This document shows positions 16,392 through 24,484 of a stretch of 64,000 nt of DNA, in pieces. The DNA is from Bacteroidaceae bacterium (GTDB lineage Bacteria > Bacteroidota > Bacteroidia > Bacteroidales > Bacteroidaceae). The notes under the pieces are model-generated. The model saw nothing but the letters and a program-made list of their open reading frames with translations. It did no database searches and was not told the origin of the DNA. Position 1 is the first letter of the stretch. Each line of letters opens with the position of its first letter. The stretch is taken from positions 5,422 to 69,421 of the forward strand of contig JAFTAJ010000040.1 in the NCBI GenBank assembly GCA_017458585.1, written 5' to 3'. The position numbers were made by a program, and so were the translations under genes.

Positions 16392-17402
16392 ATGATACGA
16401 GAAGTAAAATTTGAATCGCAGGATCGCCGTATGGCTCAGGTGCTCGCCGCCCTTAATGCTAACGGTATTTCGTCCATCGAAGAGGCCAATCAGATTTGCG
16501 ACGCAGCAGGCCTTGACCCCTATAAGACATGTGAAGAAACCCAGCGTATCTGCTTTGAGAACGCAAAGTGGGCTTACGTGGTAGGTTCCGCCATCGCCCT
16601 GAAGAAGGGCTGCAAGAATGCCGCTGATGCAGCTGAGGCTATCGGCATCGGTCTGCAGGCATTCTGCATTCCCGGCTCTGTAGCCGACGACCGTAAGGTA
16701 GGTATTGGCCATGGCAATCTGGCCGCCCGTTTGCTCCGCGAGGAGACTGAGTGCTTTGCTTTCCTGGCAGGTCACGAGTCATTCGCAGCTGCTGAGGGCG
16801 CCATCAAGATTGCAGAGATGGCCAACAAAGTACGCCAAAAACCTCTCCGTTGCATACTCAACGGACTGGGCAAGGATGCTGCTATGATTATCAGCCGCAT
16901 CAATGGCTTCACCTATGTGCAGACCAAGTTCAACTACTTCACCGGTGAGCTTGAGGTCGTTAAGACCAAGGCTTATAGCGACGGTCCTCGTGCTAAGGTT
17001 AACTGCTATGGTGCTGATGATGTACGCGAAGGCGTAGCTATCCTTTGGAAGGAGAACGTCGATGTCAGCATCACTGGCAACTCCACCAATCCCACTCGCT
17101 TCCAGCACCCTGTAGCCGGCACTTATAAGAAGGAGCGCATCCTTGCCGGCAAGCCTTACTTCTCTGTTGCAAGCGGTGGTGGCACGGGCCGCACCCTCCA
17201 TCCCGACAATATGGCAGCAGGTCCCGCTTCTTATGGCATGACTGACACTATGGGGCGTATGCACTCTGACGCACAGTTTGCTGGCAGTTCATCCGTACCT
17301 GCACACGTAGAGATGATGGGCTTCCTTGGCATAGGCAACAATCCTATGGTGGGCTGCACCGTCGCCTGTGCCGTTAACGTTAGTCTTGCACTGAACAAAT
17401 AG
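16392..17402 (+). CDS. GGGtGRT family protein (uncharacterised)
   Basis: Contains the eponymous motif SGGGTGRTLHPDN. I place the start at the ATG at 16392 (MIREVKFES...), 7 nt after the upstream stop. The track ORF start at 16326 overlaps the previous gene. Confidence 0.8.
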   Translation: MIREVKFESQDRRMAQVLAALNANGISSIEEANQICDAAGLDPYKTCEETQRICFENAKWAYVVGSAIALKKGCKNAADAAEAIGIGLQAFCIPGSVADDRKVGIGHGNLAARLLREETECFAFLAGHESFAAAEGAIKIAEMANKVRQKPLRCILNGLGKDAAMIISRINGFTYVQTKFNYFTGELEVVKTKAYSDGPRAKVNCYGADDVREGVAILWKENVDVSITGNSTNPTRFQHPVAGTYKKERILAGKPYFSVASGGGTGRTLHPDNMAAGPASYGMTDTMGRMHSDAQFAGSSSVPAHVEMMGFLGIGNNPMVGCTVACAVNVSLALNK

Positions 17403-17469
17403 TATTTACACACGCTCCTCCTTGAGGCGGACAAGAGCAACAGAGTTCTTGTCCGCTTCTCACCACAAT

Positions 17470-18933
17470 ATGAAAATCGGTTTTGACAACGAAAAATATG
17501 TGACCATACAATCTGGCCACATCAAAGAACGAATCGCAAAGTTTGGCAACAAACTATATCTGGAACTCGGCGGCAAGTTATTCGACGACCATCATGCCAG
17601 CCGTGTGTTGCCCGGATTCCAGCCCGACAGTAAACTGCGCATGCTCAAGCAACTCAGCGATTCTGCCGAGATAGTCATAGTCATCAGTGCCGTTGACATA
17701 GAGAAAAACAAGACGCGCGGCGACCTTGGCATCACTTACGACGAGGATGTGCTACGTCTTCGTACCGAATTCCAGAAGCGCGGCTTTCTGGTTGGCTCAG
17801 TGGTCATTACTCACTACAACGGCCAGAACTCGGCCGACCTCTATCGTCAGAAACTGGAGCGTTTCGGCATCAAGGCGTACTATCACTACACCATCGATGG
17901 CTACCCCAACAACGTCGCTCTCATCGACTCCGATGACGGCTTCGGCCGCAATGACTACGTAGAGACCACACGCCCCCTCGTGATAGTGACAGCACCGGGA
18001 CCAGGCAGCGGCAAGATGGCCGTGTGCCTCAGCCAGCTCTACAACGAGCATAAGCGCGGCATAGAGGCTGGCTACGCCAAGTTTGAGACATTCCCTGTAT
18101 GGAATCTGCCACTCAAGCACCCAGTGAACATCGCATACGAGGCTGCCACAGCAGACCTTGATGACGTGAACATGATTGACCCGTTCCATCTGGAGGCCTA
18201 CAATAAAATAGCAATCAACTACAATCGTGACATAGAAATATTCCCTGTCCTCAATGCGCTGTTTGAGGGCATATACGGAGAAAATCCCTACAAGTCCCCT
18301 ACCGACATGGGCGTCAATATGGTAGGCTTCTGTATATGCGATGACGAAGTATGTTGTCAAGCTTCAAAAGACGAGATAATCCGACGCTACTATACCGCGC
18401 TCAACACCATGGCAATGGGCAACGCCAACGACAGCGAGGTAAACAAGATAGCCCTCCTGTTCAAGCAAGCCAAGATAACCACCGACGACCGTGCCTGCAC
18501 CGTAGCTGCCCGTGAGCGAAAGGAGCAGTCAGGTATGCACGCGGCAGCCATCCAGCTCGCAGATGGCACACTCGTCACCGCAGGCGAGAGTCCCCTGCTA
18601 GGCCCCAGTGCAGCGCTCATACTCAATGCAGTCAAGCACCTGGGCGGAATCGACCATAACGTCAAGCTGCTACCGCAAGCCATGATAGAGCCCATCCAGA
18701 AAACAAAGGTCGAGTATCTGGGCGGCCGCAATCCGCGCTTGCACACCGACGAAGTACTGATAGCACTGTCTGTGCTCAGCCAGCATGACGACAACTGCCG
18801 TCGAGCACTGACGCAGCTGCCCGAGCTAAGAGGCTGTCAGGCGCACAGCACCGTCATGCTGAGCGAAGTGGACCGCAAGATATTCAAAAAACTGGGCGTG
18901 GGACTAACCTGCGACCCCGTGCGAAAACGATAA
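17470..18933 (+). CDS. DUF1846 / UPF0371 family protein (uncharacterised, ~490 aa)
   Basis: MKIGFDNEKYVTIQSGHIKERI... is the N-terminus I recall for the UPF0371 family. I place the start at the ATG at 17470 rather than the track start at 17422. Confidence 0.7.
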   Translation: MKIGFDNEKYVTIQSGHIKERIAKFGNKLYLELGGKLFDDHHASRVLPGFQPDSKLRMLKQLSDSAEIVIVISAVDIEKNKTRGDLGITYDEDVLRLRTEFQKRGFLVGSVVITHYNGQNSADLYRQKLERFGIKAYYHYTIDGYPNNVALIDSDDGFGRNDYVETTRPLVIVTAPGPGSGKMAVCLSQLYNEHKRGIEAGYAKFETFPVWNLPLKHPVNIAYEAATADLDDVNMIDPFHLEAYNKIAINYNRDIEIFPVLNALFEGIYGENPYKSPTDMGVNMVGFCICDDEVCCQASKDEIIRRYYTALNTMAMGNANDSEVNKIALLFKQAKITTDDRACTVAARERKEQSGMHAAAIQLADGTLVTAGESPLLGPSAALILNAVKHLGGIDHNVKLLPQAMIEPIQKTKVEYLGGRNPRLHTDEVLIALSVLSQHDDNCRRALTQLPELRGCQAHSTVMLSEVDRKIFKKLGVGLTCDPVRKR

Positions 18934-18956
18934 AAAACACACAATTCTAAAAAAAA

Positions 18957-18986
18957 CTCCTAACTCCTAACTCCTAATTCCTAATT
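18957..18986 (+). repeat. heptamer array CTCCTAA x4
   Basis: ctcctaactcctaactcctaattcctaattt. Confidence 0.85.
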
Positions 18987-18992
18987 TATTAT

Positions 18993-19000
18993 TACCTTTG
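18993..19000 (+). promoter_or_regulatory. putative -7 box TACCTTTG (cassette copy 2) driving SRP RNA-tRNA
   Basis: tattaTACCTTTGcac has the same flanks as 15605-15612. Confidence 0.55.
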
Positions 19001-19003
19001 CAC

Positions 19004-19026
19004 CCTGAAACCTGAAACATTTAACC
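19004..19026 (+). repeat. CCTGAAA x2 + CATTTAAC leader units
   Basis: cctgaaacctgaaacatttaacc is identical to 15624-15646. Confidence 0.85.
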
Positions 19027-19128
19027 ACGGGCGAGTGCTGTACGGCTAGCTCCCTTCGAATCCCCCAGGGCTTGACCGCAGCAAGGGTAGTTGGTTGTAG
19101 CAGCGCGATGCAGTAAGCTTGCCCACCC
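19027..19128 (+). ncRNA. ffs: signal recognition particle RNA (small bacterial 4.5S type)
   Basis: ~100 nt. The 5' GGGCGAGUGCUG can pair with the 3' CAGUAAGCUUGCCC. The apical region CCCCCAGGGC...CCGCAGCAAGGG carries the conserved domain IV CAGG / GCAGCAAGG strands. The loop sequence is not a textbook GGAA. Boundaries are approximate. Confidence 0.6.
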
Positions 19129-19202
19129 GCCTCTTTAGCTCAGTTGGCCAGAGCACGTGATTTGTAATCTCGGGGTCGTTGGTTCGAATCCGACAAGAGG
19201 CT
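19129..19202 (+). tRNA. tRNA-Thr (anticodon UGU)
   Basis: 74-nt cloverleaf folded by hand. Acceptor GCCTCTT/AAGAGGC, D-arm GCTC/GAGC, anticodon loop TT-TGT-AA, T-arm GTTGG-TTCGAAT-CCGAC, discriminator T. Confidence 0.9.
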
Positions 19203-19206
19203 CAAC

Positions 19207-19243
19207 AAAAAGGACGTAAATAGCGTCCTTTTTGTTGTTTTTT
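19207..19243 (+). terminator. rho-independent terminator after tRNA-Thr
   Basis: AAAAGGACG-taaatag-CGTCCTTTT is followed by TGTTGTTTTTT. Confidence 0.75.
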
Positions 19244-19287
19244 AGATTTTCCCATCGACAGACATCGTTTTTCCATAAAAGTTTTCG

Positions 19288-19295
19288 TAACTTTG
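19288..19295 (+). promoter_or_regulatory. putative -7 box TAACTTTG for the GH127 gene
   Basis: Lies 29 nt upstream of the ATG at 19324. Confidence 0.45.
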
Positions 19296-19323
19296 CTTTA
19301 AATATACATTACAGAACAGATAT

Positions 19324-21351
19324 ATGAAAAGAATTTGCTTAATCTCCTTATGCTGGATGCTGCTGGCAGCATCTGCGACAATGGCGAAGAAAGAAGTGGC
19401 TACCAGCTGCAATGTAAAGCCGATATTCAACCGTTCACCATTGGTAGAGAGACATTTCACACAGCTGCCTTTAGGAGCAATCAAAGCCGACGGGTGGTTA
19501 TTGGAACAGCTGAAACGCCAAGCCAACGGCCTCACCGGACATCTTGACGAGATTTATCCTCAGGTATGCGGTCCACGCAATTGTTGGCTGGGTGGTGACG
19601 GCGACTCCTGGGAGCGAGGCCCTTATTGGATAGATGGCTTGCTCCCTCTAGCTTATATTCTTGATGATCCTATCCTTAAGGCTAAAGTGAAACCGTGGAT
19701 AGAATGGACTCTAAACTCACAGCAAGAAAGCGGTCAGTTTGGTCCGCTTGAGGATCGCCCCTATGAGGCAGGCATACAGCGAAGTCCCTCACTTGATTGG
19801 TGGCCAAGAATGGTAATGCTCAAAGTGCTACAACAATACTATATGGCTACAGGCGACGAGCGCGTTATCACTTTAATGACCAATTATTTTCGCTATCAGT
19901 TGCGAGAGCTGCCCACCAAGCCGCTGGGGCATTGGACTTTTTGGGGACAGCAGCGTGGTGGCGACAATACGCAAGTGGTGCTCTGGCTTTACAACATTAC
20001 AGGCGATGAGTTGCTCCTCGACCTTGCCGAGTTAATACACAAACAGACACTCAACTGGACTGACATTTTCCTGAATCAAAACCATCTTAGTCGGCAGCAC
20101 TCGTTACATTGCGTCAATCTGGGTCAAGGAATGAAAGAACCTGTGGTTTATTATCAACGCAGTGGAGATAAGAATTGTCTGCGTGCAGTGGAGAAAGCTA
20201 TGAATGATATTCGCACAACGATTGGTTTGCCCACTGGCCTATGGGGTGGCGATGAGTTGCTGCGCTTTGGCGAGCCGACTACAGGGTCGGAGTTCTGTAC
20301 AGCAGTCGAGGCCATGTTCTCCTTCGAGTCTATGCTGGAGATTACAGGTGATGGGCAGTGGGCCGACCGTCTGGAGCGTGTAGCATACAACGCCTTGCCC
20401 ACACAGGCTAATGACGATTTCACCGCACGACAGTACTATCAACAGACAAACCAAGTAGAGGCAACAAAGAAGTGGCGTAATTTCAGCACACCCCACGATG
20501 ACAACGACATTCTTTTCGGCACCCTCAATGGCTACGCCTGTTGTCTATGCAATATGCATCAGGGATGGCCCAAATTGACACAGAATCTTTGGTATGCCAG
20601 TGAGGATGGCGGACTGGGTGCTTTGGTCTATGCCCCGTGCCATGTCAGCACTCAGTTGCCAGACGGCACAGCCATTACTATCAATGAAAAGACAGACTAT
20701 CCCTTTGGTGAGGCAGTGGAGATGGAGATCAAGATCAAGAAAGCAGTTGGGTTTCCTCTATATCTCCGTATCCCGGGATGGTGCAAAGATGCGGCTATCC
20801 TCATTAACAGTGATACTGCCGATATTAAGACTGCTGCCGGCAGTATAATAAAGGTAGAGCGCACATGGCAGGACGGCGACAGGGTTCGCCTTGCTCTGCC
20901 GATGGAGATTACTACTAGCCGTTGGTATGATGGTGGCGTTACAGTGGAGCGAGGTCCGCTAATGTATGCTCTGAAAATGAATGAAATATGGACACGAAAG
21001 TGTTTCTCCGCAGAAGAAGCCAAAGTGTATGGTGACAGCTACTGGGAAGTTACCTCTGACTCCCCGTGGAATTTTGCTTTACGGGGCAAAGAGACTGCCA
21101 GGCCTAACGAAACGATGATGGTTATAAAGAAAGATGGGCCCTTGGCTGCCTATCCATGGAATCCGGAAGGCGCCCCCATTACGCTGCGTGTCAAAGCAGT
21201 GCCAATCAACGACTGGACTATTAGTCGCGGTTCGGCTGGCCCTGTAAGTTATTTGACTCAACAGGGTATTGACTTCGGCGAAGAGCAAGAGGTAGAACTT
21301 ATTCCTTACGGATGCACCACACTACGCATCGCAGTGTTCCCGTCAAGATAA
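19324..21351 (+). CDS. glycoside hydrolase family 127/146-like (beta-L-arabinofuranosidase, DUF1680)
   Basis: 675 aa with a signal peptide. SEFCTAVE (E-x-C) and YACCLCNMHQGWPK (CC) resemble the Zn/Cys catalytic motifs of HypBA1-type GH127. Confidence 0.7.
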   Translation: MKRICLISLCWMLLAASATMAKKEVATSCNVKPIFNRSPLVERHFTQLPLGAIKADGWLLEQLKRQANGLTGHLDEIYPQVCGPRNCWLGGDGDSWERGPYWIDGLLPLAYILDDPILKAKVKPWIEWTLNSQQESGQFGPLEDRPYEAGIQRSPSLDWWPRMVMLKVLQQYYMATGDERVITLMTNYFRYQLRELPTKPLGHWTFWGQQRGGDNTQVVLWLYNITGDELLLDLAELIHKQTLNWTDIFLNQNHLSRQHSLHCVNLGQGMKEPVVYYQRSGDKNCLRAVEKAMNDIRTTIGLPTGLWGGDELLRFGEPTTGSEFCTAVEAMFSFESMLEITGDGQWADRLERVAYNALPTQANDDFTARQYYQQTNQVEATKKWRNFSTPHDDNDILFGTLNGYACCLCNMHQGWPKLTQNLWYASEDGGLGALVYAPCHVSTQLPDGTAITINEKTDYPFGEAVEMEIKIKKAVGFPLYLRIPGWCKDAAILINSDTADIKTAAGSIIKVERTWQDGDRVRLALPMEITTSRWYDGGVTVERGPLMYALKMNEIWTRKCFSAEEAKVYGDSYWEVTSDSPWNFALRGKETARPNETMMVIKKDGPLAAYPWNPEGAPITLRVKAVPINDWTISRGSAGPVSYLTQQGIDFGEEQEVELIPYGCTTLRIAVFPSR

Positions 21352-21394
21352 TTAACTTACGAAATACACACAATTATTACCTTAATTAAGTAAA

Positions 21395-22312
21395 ATGACA
21401 AAGAAATTATTCTATTTGATTGTTTCTGTGGTTGCGTTGTGCACCATGAATTCATGTGGAAGTGACGATTCTGATAATCCTGTTGACATTGTCACTGAAG
21501 ATAGCTGGATTAGCCGCATATGTAACACTTTCAGCCTCAATATTAATGATTACTATGATTATTGGGGGGCAAGTGGTTATGACAATAAGGTTATTTTGGC
21601 AAATGGAAGAAAAGCAGATGATAAGATATATGTTGCAGTATATGATACAATCAGAAATGACGTGATTTATAAAGATGCCCATTTTGATTTTCTAAAATCT
21701 ATGGAAGCCAACTATTATGAGGACAGATACACATATAGTCTTACTGGTTTTTATCCTATATATTGTGAAAACGACGAAGGATTTGTCATTGTTGTCAATG
21801 CCCATTATGGTAGTGAAAAAACAATGGACGCAAAGTTCTTGCAGAAAATAATATTTAATAACGGCAGTCAAAACTTCTATCTGGAAAAATCGGCATATTC
21901 TGACATTATTCCATATATTTGGTATAAGGATTCTTATTTATTACGAGTCAAAGGCAACAATTATGCGGACTGTTACAATGATAAAGGACAGTTGCTATAT
22001 CAAAATTTACATTATCCTAATGACAATAATACCTTCCCGATTTCATATACTGAGTATATAGATTTCGGCAACAATAGCTCGCTTGGCAAATTCCAAATAG
22101 GAAGAAAAAACGCAACTAACAATGAGTATGAATGGATAATAGACGTAGCGTTGGTAGAAGATGCCTCTAACGATACGCGTGTTACTTATACGTATGAGAG
22201 TCAATCCGATGATGTTTGGACATTCATATGTAAAATGGTGGCCAGAGATGGAACTATACAAAATAAACATATCCATCTAAATGTCCAGACGGGAGAATAC
22301 ACAATAACTTAA
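21395..22312 (+). CDS. hypothetical lipoprotein, AT-rich gene
   Basis: 305 aa with lipobox LCTMNSC. The protein is rich in N/Y/D/K, and the gene is visibly lower in GC than its neighbours. Confidence 0.6.
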   Translation: MTKKLFYLIVSVVALCTMNSCGSDDSDNPVDIVTEDSWISRICNTFSLNINDYYDYWGASGYDNKVILANGRKADDKIYVAVYDTIRNDVIYKDAHFDFLKSMEANYYEDRYTYSLTGFYPIYCENDEGFVIVVNAHYGSEKTMDAKFLQKIIFNNGSQNFYLEKSAYSDIIPYIWYKDSYLLRVKGNNYADCYNDKGQLLYQNLHYPNDNNTFPISYTEYIDFGNNSSLGKFQIGRKNATNNEYEWIIDVALVEDASNDTRVTYTYESQSDDVWTFICKMVARDGTIQNKHIHLNVQTGEYTIT

Positions 22313-22327
22313 ATCTATTACGATAGC

Positions 22328-23545
22328 TTGTTAAGGATAGTATTTTTTTTATTTTGTTTATTGCTGCTGACTGCATGCAAGCAGCAACCAAGCCCGTTGT
22401 CTGTCAACGATGACGATAAGAATGGGGCAGGGGAGAATATGTCTCCTGACCTCGCAGATATTGAACAGTCCGGTGAGCTGATAGCGGTCACCATCAATGG
22501 CCCAGACACATACTATGAGTATCGCAATCGCAGCATGGGCCTGCAATTTATGCTGGCTGAGGCATTCGCCAATCATATCGGTATGCGTTTGAGGATTGAG
22601 GTAGCCAAAGATACTGCCGATATGCTAAAAATGCTAAAAGATGCTCAGGCCGACCTTATTGCGTGCGAGTTGCCGAGGAATCTGATTGACACAAGTGGAC
22701 TGTTGTCGTGCGGCGCTAATGTCGCGACTGGATCATGGGCTGTAAGGAAATCATCGCCAGAATTGGCAGAGGAACTGAACATTTGGTACAATGACTCCAC
22801 TAGAGCACAAGTAGCTGCCACAATGGGCAACGTAAGCAGCAATCGCTTTAAGAGTCAGCATAGCCAACCGGTATTCTACTCCAAGAACAAGGGCGTGGTA
22901 TCTAACTACGATGCGCTCTTCCTTCGTGCGAGTCGTATGACAGGCTGGGATTGGAAATTGCTGGCATCGCAATGTTATCAGGAATCCGGCTTCGACAAGA
23001 ATGCTGTCTCTTGGGCGGGCGCGCGAGGACTGATGCAGATTATGCCGTCAACGGCCGCCAAACTGGGAGTTAATGCAGGCGACCTCTTCGACCCAGAAAC
23101 AAACATGATGACAGCTGCACGACTAATAAATATCTTGGAAGGAAAGTTTGCTGCTATACGCAATCCACAGGAACGGACGAAATTTGTGCTGGCCGCATAC
23201 AATGGAGGCTCTGGTCATATCACTGATGCCATGGCCCTGGCTCGCAAGTACGGCAGAAATCCATATCTGTGGAGCGATGTCAGTTATTTTGTACTACATC
23301 TGAGTGAGCCTCGTTTCTATAAAGACCCAATTGTAAAGTGCGGCTATATGATAGGTACCGAGACCTACAACTATGTCAATGCGGTGATGGGCCGATGGAG
23401 CGGTTACCATTCAATTCTTCATAATGCGCTGCCTAAAGGAATAAGTCTCTCCGACATAGATGGAGACACACACAAACGAAACCGTTTCTCCAAGAAACAG
23501 AATATCGTGGGGCGCGAAGACACTCTCTTCAAAATCAAGCGATAG
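22328..23545 (+). CDS. lytic murein transglycosylase, MltF-like (SBP_bac_3 + SLT domains), lipoprotein
   Basis: 405 aa with a TTG start and lipobox LLLTAC. The SLT catalytic motif is QCYQESGFD...GARGLMQIMPSTA. Confidence 0.75.
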   Translation: MLRIVFFLFCLLLLTACKQQPSPLSVNDDDKNGAGENMSPDLADIEQSGELIAVTINGPDTYYEYRNRSMGLQFMLAEAFANHIGMRLRIEVAKDTADMLKMLKDAQADLIACELPRNLIDTSGLLSCGANVATGSWAVRKSSPELAEELNIWYNDSTRAQVAATMGNVSSNRFKSQHSQPVFYSKNKGVVSNYDALFLRASRMTGWDWKLLASQCYQESGFDKNAVSWAGARGLMQIMPSTAAKLGVNAGDLFDPETNMMTAARLINILEGKFAAIRNPQERTKFVLAAYNGGSGHITDAMALARKYGRNPYLWSDVSYFVLHLSEPRFYKDPIVKCGYMIGTETYNYVNAVMGRWSGYHSILHNALPKGISLSDIDGDTHKRNRFSKKQNIVGREDTLFKIKR

Positions 23546-23589
23546 CAAGTTATATACCCTTCCGTGCAGAGCAGCGCAGAGCATTCTTG

Positions 23590-24480
23590 CTATTTATACC
23601 TCAGTTTCACGACGCCCCTTCCGTTAGTCTGGATATAGAAGTCGCCATTGTAGAAATCGATGTCTTCCATCTCGTTTTTTAATGTCTCACTCAAATCCAG
23701 GATGTTTCTAAGTTTATGTTTCTTCAGATCAAGCACATAGATAATGCTCGGTGTATCCTCTTCTCCGAAACCGGTTGGCAACAACAGACAATCCTTCCAC
23801 ACGCAGGCTCCCTGGCCAACAACCTTCGAGGGATAGCGAGGGTCCTTGTCTTGGATGAAATAGTTTTCTAAGGCATCGGCGGCAGTAAGATGAACCATCT
23901 CGCCATTACTCAGATGTGGAAGGGGAAACACCATGATGCGGTATCTGTTGTCCTCAGCTGTATTCGAGCGGGTGTTGCCAAAGCCAATCAGGTGACTGCG
24001 TTTCTGGTCTATCGTCCATTGCAGTGCATAGCCATAAAGATGCTGGTCGTCAAGCACTATGCGCTGTACAGTCTCTGCTTTGCCCTCAAGAGATATGCGC
24101 TCCACATAGCACACATCTTTTTCGCCGTTTACAACTTTCCTATATGCCTGTGACACATACACCACTGGTAGCGGATCGCTCTTATCAAACTTCTCCACTC
24201 CAAAGGCTGCGACATTGGCATGATTTGTCTCGGCAAAGGAACCCAACTGGAAGGTTGGAGTCTTCTTATCCAGTGACGGGAGCTTGTATAACGTTGCAAA
24301 GCCCGTATTCTGCACGCTAAGCAACCAGTCTTCATAGATACACATGCCCTGAAAACTCCGCTTCTGGTCACTTTGCAAAACTCCTATGTCTTTCGGGGAA
24401 ATCTTCACCCTAAACTTTCGGGCAGATGCTGTGATAGCCACAAGCGCAAGGAGGCACAACAATAGTTCTTTTTTGCTCAT
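23590..24480 (-). CDS. hypothetical secreted protein (296 aa)
   Basis: Has a signal peptide (LLALVAITASA) and lies 4 nt downstream of the GH27 gene in the same orientation. I do not recognise a family. Confidence 0.6.
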   Translation of the reverse strand: MSKKELLLCLLALVAITASARKFRVKISPKDIGVLQSDQKRSFQGMCIYEDWLLSVQNTGFATLYKLPSLDKKTPTFQLGSFAETNHANVAAFGVEKFDKSDPLPVVYVSQAYRKVVNGEKDVCYVERISLEGKAETVQRIVLDDQHLYGYALQWTIDQKRSHLIGFGNTRSNTAEDNRYRIMVFPLPHLSNGEMVHLTAADALENYFIQDKDPRYPSKVVGQGACVWKDCLLLPTGFGEEDTPSIIYVLDLKKHKLRNILDLSETLKNEMEDIDFYNGDFYIQTNGRGVVKLRYK

Positions 24481-24484
24481 ATTC

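Noticed and set aside
19242-19535. A 97-aa minus-strand ORF spans the GH127 promoter and signal-peptide region.
   Set aside because: It overlaps the tRNA terminator, the promoter box and the 5' end of a well-supported gene, and I see no motif in it. It is likely spurious.
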